From positions 14,410 through 78,409 of the forward strand of contig CAOKET010000002.1 of NCBI GenBank assembly GCA_948467605.1: a DNA stretch of 64,000 nt. The letters are read 5' to 3'. Under the pieces are notes generated by a model. The model did not search any database, had not been told where the DNA came from, and worked only from the letters and a program-made list of their open reading frames with translations. The stretch is from an uncultured Mycoplasmatota bacterium. Lineage in GTDB: Bacteria; Bacillota_I; Bacilli_A; RF39; UBA660. This document shows, piece by piece, positions 56,189 to 64,000 of this stretch (position 1 is its first letter; each line of letters opens with the position of its first letter). Made by a program: the position numbers and the translations under genes.

Positions 56189-57202
56189 TTATAATTTCTT
56201 TATACCTAATTCAGCTATAATAATTGTTTCAAAATTATTTACATATTGATTAAATTCTTTAAAGGTTAATCCACTAGGTATACTTGGTATTTCAGTTAAT
56301 TCTCTAATATCTGTTTTTTCGTGTCTTTCTATCTCTTTTTTAATCGCATCTTCAATTGAATTATATTTATGTATACCCTTATTATCACTATTAGAATGTT
56401 CAAAATGATACCAGTTATCTTGATAGCGAAATAGTACAAAACAATGCATTTTTACTTCTTTATCAAAGTTTTCTGTTGTTTCATATCTTCTAAAACAATA
56501 CATTTTATTTTCTAATCCAATTTTATCAAAGAAACTTTTTATTATTGCTGCTTGTTCAATACATGTGCCTACTTTATATTCTAGTGATTCATCAATTGAA
56601 CTAGTTCTATAGCTTTCTCTAAAGCCATCTAAAGTATTTACGTGTTTTTCTCCTGATTTATCAATCCATCCATAACTAATATTCATATCCATATAATTCA
56701 TAAGTTCATTCTGATTTTTAATATCACTAAAGTTTGTTTTTATATATGGATTTGCTTTTGCATAAAAATCATCACCAATCCATTTGAAACCACAATAAGA
56801 TGAGGCATTCAAACTTGCTTTATTATCGTCTGCAATCTTTAACCTAACACTTTCTACTTGGGGATATTTTCTAAAAATATATTCACTTACTTCATTAAGC
56901 AACATCTTACCATATGATTTTCCTCTTTTATCTTTATCAACAGCATATCTTAAATAAACACACCTTTCAGTTTCATTAAACCCGCCAACTCCTACATATC
57001 CTATAAGATTATTATCATGTGTAACTAAAAAACTATGCCTAAAAAACTCATTATTTGGATTTCTTAACAAACCATCTGTTAATCCCTGAAATCTAGATGT
57101 TATTGTTTCATCTTTTATTAGTTTTTTTAAGAACTCTAACATTTCTTTATTATTTTTATCAAATGTATTTAATGATAAACTTCCTAGTTTTGCATATTCC
57201 AT
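56189..57202 (-). CDS. GNAT N-acetyltransferase domain fused to a C-terminal transglutaminase-like domain
   Basis: N-terminus: LIGYVGVG...RYAVDKDKRGKSYGKMLL (GNAT motif A). C-terminus: GTCIEQAAII...H...D resembles the transglutaminase-like cysteine protease core. Confidence 0.45.
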   Translation of the reverse strand: MEYAKLGSLSLNTFDKNNKEMLEFLKKLIKDETITSRFQGLTDGLLRNPNNEFFRHSFLVTHDNNLIGYVGVGGFNETERCVYLRYAVDKDKRGKSYGKMLLNEVSEYIFRKYPQVESVRLKIADDNKASLNASSYCGFKWIGDDFYAKANPYIKTNFSDIKNQNELMNYMDMNISYGWIDKSGEKHVNTLDGFRESYRTSSIDESLEYKVGTCIEQAAIIKSFFDKIGLENKMYCFRRYETTENFDKEVKMHCFVLFRYQDNWYHFEHSNSDNKGIHKYNSIEDAIKKEIERHEKTDIRELTEIPSIPSGLTFKEFNQYVNNFETIIIAELGIKKL

Positions 57203-57336
57203 AATATACCACCAAATTTATAATATCATATTTATATGAAAATAATCTACTAATAACTTTACATTATAAACTTTTATATTTATAGAAAATTAATATTATT
57301 TATAGTATACTTATTATACATGATTAGGAGTAAGTA

Positions 57337-58524
57337 ATGAAAAAGGTAAGACAAGAGAATAAAATTTTAATAATGTTATCATTTTTTAGTATCTCAATTG
57401 GATTGTGGGAAAACTTTAGACAACTTTGGTTGCAAAATAATAACTTTTCTGCAACTGATATTAGTAATATATTTAGTATAGGAACTTTAGTTAGTGTAAT
57501 AGGTATAGTTTTTGTTAGTAAGTTTGTTAAGTTAAATAAACTTAAAACATTTATAGGCATTTCTTTAGTTATAAAACTTATAAATTTATTAGGATTATTT
57601 AATTTAAACAATACTGGTAATAGCAATTTAATAAATATTTTAGTAATAATAGATATACTTACTAGTTATTTAGTTACAACTAGTATATATCCTTTAATAA
57701 CAACAATTATTAAAAATAATAAAATATATAGCAAAAGAAAATTAACAGAGTATCTTTTTAAAGACATAGGAATTTTAATTGGTGGTTTATTAATTGGTAA
57801 AAATATTATAGGCATTTTAGTGGATTATAATATTTGTCTATTTATTTCCGCTATATTTTTAATGTTTGCAGTTGCATTTATATTTAATATAACAACTTGT
57901 GTTTTAGAAGAGAAAAAAGTTGAGGAAAAAGTGTCTATAGTTAAATATGTATTTAAAAGTAAATTACAAAAACTATATATGGGATATACTTTTATCGGCA
58001 GTATGGCTATGAAAACAGCGCTTGGTTTAAAAATGCTTACTCTTACAAATTATTTTAAATTTACTGATAGTACTGCAACTCATTATTTACTTATAGTTGG
58101 TTTATTTGCGGATATTATTGGTATACTTGCATTAAAATATTTTACTCCAAAGAATGATTATGTAACTATTACTATTAAATTTGGTATAAGATTTACCTTA
58201 TATTTAATTGCATTTCTATCAAATAATATGATTATAACAATAACTGCTATTACGTGGTCTTTATTAATTTCAACATCTTATGAAAATATTTGTGATGGTT
58301 ATTATATAAATTCTGTTCCTACTAATTATCAATTATCATTTACTAATTTTAGATACGTTGTTAAATATTTAGGAGAGGCATTAGGAGTATTTCTTTGTGG
58401 AATAATGTATGAAATGGGTATTAGGTATATGCTTGGATTATCAGCATTTTTTATGATATTTCAAATATTTATATCATACTACTTAATATATATAAGAAAT
58501 AAGGAGAAAATTAAAAATGAGTAG
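57337..58524 (+). CDS. MFS-like polytopic membrane transporter
   Basis: 395 aa, about 12 TM helices. No diagnostic motif. Confidence 0.5.
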   Translation: MKKVRQENKILIMLSFFSISIGLWENFRQLWLQNNNFSATDISNIFSIGTLVSVIGIVFVSKFVKLNKLKTFIGISLVIKLINLLGLFNLNNTGNSNLINILVIIDILTSYLVTTSIYPLITTIIKNNKIYSKRKLTEYLFKDIGILIGGLLIGKNIIGILVDYNICLFISAIFLMFAVAFIFNITTCVLEEKKVEEKVSIVKYVFKSKLQKLYMGYTFIGSMAMKTALGLKMLTLTNYFKFTDSTATHYLLIVGLFADIIGILALKYFTPKNDYVTITIKFGIRFTLYLIAFLSNNMIITITAITWSLLISTSYENICDGYYINSVPTNYQLSFTNFRYVVKYLGEALGVFLCGIMYEMGIRYMLGLSAFFMIFQIFISYYLIYIRNKEKIKNE

Positions 58525-59050
58525 AATAACATTAATAACGTATTTTGATGATAAAAATTTAAGTATAGTTAATAATTATATAAAAGATATATCTATTAAT
58601 ATGTGCAAAGTACCATATGGTATAGACGATAATAACAGATATTCAATCGATAATTTACCATATCACTTTACAATATTCGCAACTGATAAAGAAAACCAAG
58701 ATAAGCTTTTAAATATTTGTAAAAGTATAAATATCAGTAAAATAAAACTAAAAATTAATGATGTAAAAATAATGAATGCAAAAAATAATAGTTTTGTTTT
58801 ATATTTTTCAATTGAGGAAAATAGTGATTTAAAGTACTTGCAAAGATGTTTTTATGAAAAAATATCTGGTGGGAAATATAATCCAGATACTTTTACATTT
58901 CATATGACATTACATATTGATAAGGATGAAAAATTAATCTATGAATTATTAAAAATAATAAAACAAGATTTTAAACCGTTTTATCTTGAATTTGATAAAC
59001 TAGTATTATATAACTATCCAGGCAATATGATAAAAGTAATTGATTTATAA
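58517..59050 (+). CDS. 2H phosphoesterase superfamily protein (LigT / 2'-5' RNA ligase-like)
   Basis: Two H-x-T/S-x motifs: YHFTIFA and FHMTLHI. Its start overlaps the end of the transporter gene by 8 nt. Confidence 0.6.
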   Translation: MSRITLITYFDDKNLSIVNNYIKDISINMCKVPYGIDDNNRYSIDNLPYHFTIFATDKENQDKLLNICKSINISKIKLKINDVKIMNAKNNSFVLYFSIEENSDLKYLQRCFYEKISGGKYNPDTFTFHMTLHIDKDEKLIYELLKIIKQDFKPFYLEFDKLVLYNYPGNMIKVIDL

Positions 59051-59053
59051 TAA

Positions 59054-59428
59054 TTATGTGTTATAAGTCTTTTCCTTTGCCCTTTTTTCAATTAAACTGT
59101 CTAATGAACTACTATATTTTCGATAAACTTCATCTTCACTTTCTGTTTGATATTCAATTGTTAAATTATAACGATCATTTAATGCATAGCAGAAATTTCT
59201 TAATGTTTTTAATTCTTTTAATGTTAAATAATCTGTATGTTCATATACTTTATAAAATAATTCTACATGATTAATATTATCTAACATTTCTTCATCTATT
59301 CTTGCAAAATTGTTTGCGATTGAAATCATTTTCTTTGATAGTTTTCTTAACTTCTTTTTTCTTTCTTTATCTTCTATACAAGTAAGATAACTTGCAAGAT
59401 ATAGTGGATTACTTATGAATAAGACCAT
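59054..59428 (-). CDS. Hypothetical protein (124 aa)
   Basis: ORF only. Confidence 0.35.
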   Translation of the reverse strand: MVLFISNPLYLASYLTCIEDKERKKKLRKLSKKMISIANNFARIDEEMLDNINHVELFYKVYEHTDYLTLKELKTLRNFCYALNDRYNLTIEYQTESEDEVYRKYSSSLDSLIEKRAKEKTYNT

Positions 59429-59560
59429 TATACTACTAAATATAAAAGAGATTTTTTCTTTGATTTTATCAGTTTTTATATACCTTCACCTATTAAAAGT
59501 TTATGAGAATATTTTAACATTATAACTATAGGTTTTGTATATATACTTTCCTGCTTATAT

Positions 59561-59582
59561 AAAAAAGCACATTTAGTGCACT
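59561..59582 (-). terminator. Intrinsic terminator downstream of the YbaK-like gene
   Basis: GCAC-attta-GTGC hairpin, followed on the minus strand by UUUUUU. Confidence 0.4.
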
Positions 59583-59689
59583 AATTATTTATTTTCATTA
59601 TAACTACAATCGCATCCTCTAGTGTCTGTTCTATTTTATTATCTATGATATTTAATCTATTTATTGAATATAGTTCATCTTTAACTTCG

Positions 59690-60238
59690 CTAAACTTCAT
59701 CCTTTGCTAAATTTTCTAAAATTTCAACATTATCTAATTTTAATAAATAGTTACTTGGTAATGAAATCTTTGATTTTTGTAGTCCGCTACCACAAATAAT
59801 TCTTTCTACTTCTAGAACTTTAGGATCAATAAATAATTTCCATTCTTTAGGTAGACCAATAGGATTTATGCTGCCATATTCCATTTTTGTTTCTTTTAAT
59901 ACATAATCTAATGGTGCAACTGATACCATTCGTGAATTTGTATATTTCCTTACGGTTGAAGACATATTATATCTATATCCAGTAGGTACTAGTAGTGCAA
60001 CATAACTTATATTTTCTCCTCTTCTACATTCACATATTAGACAATTCGCACCTGTTTTAGGGTCAATATTATAGTGTTCACATAGTTTAATACCATCCAT
60101 ATATTCTGGATTAATTTCAGCAACTAAAATATTATCTTTTTCTTCTTCATTAAATAAACTATCAATACAATTATACGTATGTTCTGATATCAAACCTTTG
60201 TTATCCATTATTTTTTCAAATTTTAAATTATTTTCCAT
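59690..60238 (-). CDS. YbaK/ProX-like aminoacyl-tRNA deacylase domain protein
   Basis: ...YVALLVPTGYRYNMSSTVRKYTNSRMVSVAPLDYVLKETKMEYGSINPIGLP...ICGSG fits the YbaK domain pattern (conserved K, GxxxP, sGG). Confidence 0.5.
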   Translation of the reverse strand: MENNLKFEKIMDNKGLISEHTYNCIDSLFNEEEKDNILVAEINPEYMDGIKLCEHYNIDPKTGANCLICECRRGENISYVALLVPTGYRYNMSSTVRKYTNSRMVSVAPLDYVLKETKMEYGSINPIGLPKEWKLFIDPKVLEVERIICGSGLQKSKISLPSNYLLKLDNVEILENLAKDEV

Positions 60239-60246
60239 ATTCTCTC

Positions 60247-61359
60247 CTATATTTTTCTTACTTTAACTTGATATAAAACTTTTGGTTTTGAATACTCTTC
60301 TTCATTTCTAGTCATGGATGTTTCATGTGATTCAATATTTCCTATAATTCCAAAATATTTGTTTATATCCTCTTCATCAAAAAATCTTTTAGTATAATCT
60401 CCTTCAAAATAGAAATTCTTTTCTAATTGTTCTCCAATACCTGCCCCAAAATTAAAATCATTTACTGATGCAACTCTAGCTAATAAAACACCATTATTTT
60501 TTAAAATTCTTTTTAGCTCTTCCATAATATGTATAGTAGTTTTATTATCAAAATAATGTAGAGATAAGTCTGCTACTACTAGTGAAAAACTTTCATCCTT
60601 AAAGGGAAACTTATCAAGCATGTCTAAATACTTAGTTTTACTATTTGAGATATTTTTATTAATGCTTTCTAAAGCATCTTTTGAAAAATCACAAGATAAT
60701 ACATTAAATCCTCGTTCAATAAGATATAGTGTATCAGCACCAATTCCACATCCCAAATCTAAAATTTCTTCATTTTTATTTTCATTTAATATATCTTTGT
60801 AATCATCTAACCAATTATCATATACTGGTACTCCTGCTCTTCTTTTTGACCAACTATCCCACATATTTACATAACCACAATTGCTCTTTATAACTTCTTT
60901 TTTTATAACTTTATGATTACTGTTTGATGTAATTTTTATTTTAAAATTACCATGTTTAAAATATTTTTGATATTCTGGTTTTAAAATTTCAGTACATGGA
61001 AATCTTTTATCCTGTTTTATCAAATTACTAATTTCTATCCACATTGATTCATTTTCATTAAAACAATTAGGATTACCATTAAACTTATCACACATAAAAA
61101 CATCAAAATCAAAAATCATTTCAGGGTATTCTATAATTAAATTACCAATATATTTTTGATTGATTATTTCAATTCCTGTTTCTTCTATACATTCTCTAAT
61201 AGAAGCATCAATATTGGTCTCTCCATCTTCGATTTTTCCACCAGGTATATCATAAAATCCATTATTTTTTTCAGTTAAATACTTGATAACAAGTACTTTA
61301 TTATCTTGCATGATAAAAGTTCTAACAGCTTTTCTTATTGGTTTATCCACCCATGTCAC
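60247..61359 (-). CDS. NUDIX hydrolase fused to a class I SAM-dependent methyltransferase
   Basis: Nudix box GGKIEDGETNIDASIRECIEETG at the N-terminus. MTase motif I ILDLGCGIGADTLYL and motif post-I/II in the C-terminal half. 370 aa. Confidence 0.65.
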   Translation of the reverse strand: MTWVDKPIRKAVRTFIMQDNKVLVIKYLTEKNNGFYDIPGGKIEDGETNIDASIRECIEETGIEIINQKYIGNLIIEYPEMIFDFDVFMCDKFNGNPNCFNENESMWIEISNLIKQDKRFPCTEILKPEYQKYFKHGNFKIKITSNSNHKVIKKEVIKSNCGYVNMWDSWSKRRAGVPVYDNWLDDYKDILNENKNEEILDLGCGIGADTLYLIERGFNVLSCDFSKDALESINKNISNSKTKYLDMLDKFPFKDESFSLVVADLSLHYFDNKTTIHIMEELKRILKNNGVLLARVASVNDFNFGAGIGEQLEKNFYFEGDYTKRFFDEEDINKYFGIIGNIESHETSMTRNEEEYSKPKVLYQVKVRKI

Positions 61360-61568
61360 CTCAATATAAGTTTATCATATTTTAATGATACTTATATGGT
61401 TATTTTGTAAAATTTATGTATAGAATATGATATTTATTAATTCATATTTATATAATTGATGAATATATAAAACAGATATACAATAATTTTTAAGTTTATA
61501 GTATAATTATTTTATAGAATCAAGTTTTTTTATAACAAAATATATTAAAGAAGAGGATTAGTGATATT

Positions 61569-62492
61569 ATGTGTGATACAGTAGGTAAAATAGGAAATGG
61601 AAAACGATATTCAATGTTTGCTAAAAATAGTGATAGACAGTATGATGAACCACAAGTAATGGTATTTATAAATGCTAAAGAAAATAAGGATAAAAAATTA
61701 AAAGTGACTTATATAGAGATAGAACAAGTAAAACATACACATGCTTTACTAATTTCTAAACCTGTTTGGATGTGGGGTGCAGAAATGGGTGTTAATGATT
61801 GTGGTGTATGTATAGGTAATGAAGCAATAGGCACTAAAACTTCTAAAGATAATAAAGAGGCTTTAATTGGTATGGATTTAGTAAGATTAGGGCTCGAAAG
61901 AGCATCCTCTGCTAAAGAAGCATTAAATGTAATAATTAAACTATTACAAAAATATGGACAAGGTGGAAATTGTGGTTATAATAAAGAATCTTATTACGAT
62001 AATTCATTTCTGATTATGGATAAAAATGAATTATTTATTTTAGAGACAGTAGGAAAAAATTATGCAGTTAAAAAGAAAAAATATGCATCTATATCTAATT
62101 GTTTATCAATTACAAATGCTGATATTTATAATGATGTTAAAAACTTCAAGAGGAAGTATAGTGATATGCCTAAAAAGAATGCAAATATTAGAAGGAAAAT
62201 AACCTATAGGAAACTTATCTTTGCTAAAAATGAGAATGATTTATTTAGAATTATGAGAAGCCATTCCAAAAAGAGTGAATGCAGTATTTGTATGCACGGT
62301 GAATATGAGAGTACAAGTTCAATGATAGTAATATTAAAGGACAAACCCGAAATTCATTTTACAGGATGCCCAAATCCTTGTACTTCCAAGTATATTAAAT
62401 ACATATTTAATGAGGATTTAGTATTTCCTATAGTATCTGAAGATAATCAAGATAATTGTGATTTTTGGAAAAGTAAAAGATATATAAATTAG
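61569..62492 (+). CDS. Ntn-hydrolase of the C69 dipeptidase/secernin-like family
   Basis: The N-terminus MCDTVG puts the nucleophilic Cys directly after Met, as in C69/choloylglycine-hydrolase Ntn folds. RBS AGGA. Confidence 0.45.
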   Translation: MCDTVGKIGNGKRYSMFAKNSDRQYDEPQVMVFINAKENKDKKLKVTYIEIEQVKHTHALLISKPVWMWGAEMGVNDCGVCIGNEAIGTKTSKDNKEALIGMDLVRLGLERASSAKEALNVIIKLLQKYGQGGNCGYNKESYYDNSFLIMDKNELFILETVGKNYAVKKKKYASISNCLSITNADIYNDVKNFKRKYSDMPKKNANIRRKITYRKLIFAKNENDLFRIMRSHSKKSECSICMHGEYESTSSMIVILKDKPEIHFTGCPNPCTSKYIKYIFNEDLVFPIVSEDNQDNCDFWKSKRYIN

Positions 62493-62932
62493 AAATTAAA
62501 TAATATAAAAGATTTAATACTTATATTATTTTACATCACTAGTTAATATATTTTGTCTATCTATAATTTTATATTCTTTATAATCTATATTATAATTAAA
62601 TTGATTTGCAGTTAAATCTATAATCTCATTTTATGTTAGTTTGAAATAATAACTAATTTTATCAACATGAATCTTATGAATATCTCTATCAAAATAATCA
62701 TTAATGATTAGAAATGTTATTACATACATCTCAAAACATTTATTAAATTTACTCTAATTATCTCGGGCTTTAGGATAACCCAAATCTTTTGAGTAGTATT
62801 CTAATAATAAAATTTGTAAATTATATATACTATAAATACAAAAACAATTTTCTGCAATTAACATATTATAATACAAGTGTTTATTTATAATTATATGTTA
62901 TAATTAACTCATAAGTATTGGAGCGGATAGAT

Positions 62933-63817
62933 GTGATAGGGTATATATTAGCAATTTTATCATCAATATTTTTTGGAATATATATAATACCAAAAAAACT
63001 TTCCAAGATAGATACAAAATATTATTTATTTTATATGTCTTTGGGTTTTGTATTTATTTCCTTAATAACTTATTTATTCACTTTGTTAACTGGAAATAAT
63101 AATGAATCAATATTTCATCCAGTTTTAATATTAGTAATTTTAAGGGGAATATCGTGGTTTCTTGCATCAAATTTATTTTTAATATCTATTGATAAAATAG
63201 GGATGTCAAGATCAACACAATATAAAAATTTAAAAGGACCTTTTGGTGTATTACTTACTCTAATATTTTTAGAAGAGTTTAAAGTTACTAATGTGTTCTT
63301 AGTACTTTTTGCTGCATTATTGACGTTCGTATCTGCATTGCTGTTTACAATAAAAAAGGACAATAGTAAAGTGGATAAATTTGGAATAATCTACGCATGT
63401 ATTGCGTCTTTATTTTTGGGGGTAAATGCTTTAATACAAAAGTACGTGACAAATTCTGGTTTTATATATACACAGCAACTATATCAATCAATAACTATAA
63501 TGATTGTTTCATATATATGTGTTAAAATTAAAGATAGAAATGTAAAAGTTATGAAGAATATTACATATATGGATAAAATATTAGCATTCTTTGGTGGCTT
63601 ATTATACTACTTTGCAACCTATTTTAATACTCTAGCATATAAACAATTACCTGCATCTATTGCATTTACAATTGTTAATATGAGTGGTGTTTGGTCTGTA
63701 TTAATTGGTATTTTAACTTTTAAAGAGATTAACTTTAAAAGAAATTATAAAAGGATTGTTATAGGGATATTACTATCTATAATAGCAGTTATTGTTCTAT
63801 TATTTGGAAAAAGTTAA
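62933..63817 (+). CDS. EamA/DMT-superfamily membrane transporter (10 TM)
   Basis: Two-halves 5+5 TM architecture. The probable GTG start has RBS GGAGCGG 6 nt upstream. Confidence 0.55.
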   Translation: MIGYILAILSSIFFGIYIIPKKLSKIDTKYYLFYMSLGFVFISLITYLFTLLTGNNNESIFHPVLILVILRGISWFLASNLFLISIDKIGMSRSTQYKNLKGPFGVLLTLIFLEEFKVTNVFLVLFAALLTFVSALLFTIKKDNSKVDKFGIIYACIASLFLGVNALIQKYVTNSGFIYTQQLYQSITIMIVSYICVKIKDRNVKVMKNITYMDKILAFFGGLLYYFATYFNTLAYKQLPASIAFTIVNMSGVWSVLIGILTFKEINFKRNYKRIVIGILLSIIAVIVLLFGKS

Positions 63818-63818
63818 A

Positions 63819-63847
63819 ACTCACACTATTTGTGTGAGTATTTTTAT
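63819..63847 (+). terminator. Intrinsic terminator of the EamA-like gene
   Basis: ACTCACAC-tattt-GTGTGAGT followed by ATTTTT. Confidence 0.5.
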
Positions 63848-64000
63848 TATTTACAATAGAATTACACATTTTCAATCTAAATATTTAATTAATCAAATAT
63901 AACGTAATCTATAATTTTTAAAAGTATTAACCCTTTTTATTTTTTACCTTTTGTTTTTGAGTTCCATCTTTGGAATTAGATTTTTCAATATAATATTCTA

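Noticed and set aside
57324-57626. 100-aa minus-strand ORF overlapping the MFS-like transporter start
   Set aside because: Antisense to a long, coherent membrane-protein ORF. No start context.
1-64000. CRISPR arrays, tRNA/rRNA genes, IS transposases
   Set aside because: I scanned for regularly spaced direct repeats, cloverleaf-compatible GC-rich ~75-nt segments and DDE/HUH transposase motifs. None were found. The only tandem repeats are the 15-bp pair at 12409 and the 18-bp coding repeat at 37724.

Overview
This is a very AT-rich (~25% GC) segment from a Clostridium-like low-GC Firmicute chromosome. Almost all genes in the first 26 kb run on the minus strand.

Core and housekeeping content:
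- A complete BceRS/BceAB-type antimicrobial-peptide sensing and detox module, with gene-decay remnants beside it.
- dapF and recG.
- Pyruvate:ferredoxin oxidoreductase.
- htpG, whose promoter overlaps a CIRCE-like operator.
- Phosphoketolase.
- dapA and ispF.
- A nifS-type cysteine desulfurase.

Accessory content:
- A defense-island-like block at 11.2-18.6 kb.
  - A two-gene operon: a DUF5131 protein (Gp37/Gp68-like, with a radical-SAM-type CxxxCxxC motif) plus an ASCH-like protein, preceded by tandem 15-bp direct repeats.
  - A type II R-M pair: a gamma-class N6-adenine methyltransferase and its putative endonuclease.
  - An Mrr-catalytic-domain endonuclease.
  - Two uncharacterised genes.
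  - A NUDIX remnant.
- A large protein with tandem DUF262/ParB-like domains, divergent from an XRE regulator.
- Several unusual domain fusions: HTH plus degenerate SDR; GDPD plus HIT; NUDIX plus SAM methyltransferase; GNAT plus transglutaminase-like; ferredoxin plus thioredoxin-like.
- Two promoter-to-terminator small structured RNA candidates (about 18.77-18.87 kb on the minus strand, about 22.52-22.62 kb on the plus strand).

No CRISPR array, rRNA or tRNA, or recognisable transposase/integrase was seen. All functional calls rest on motif recognition by eye. Nothing here was confirmed by a database search.
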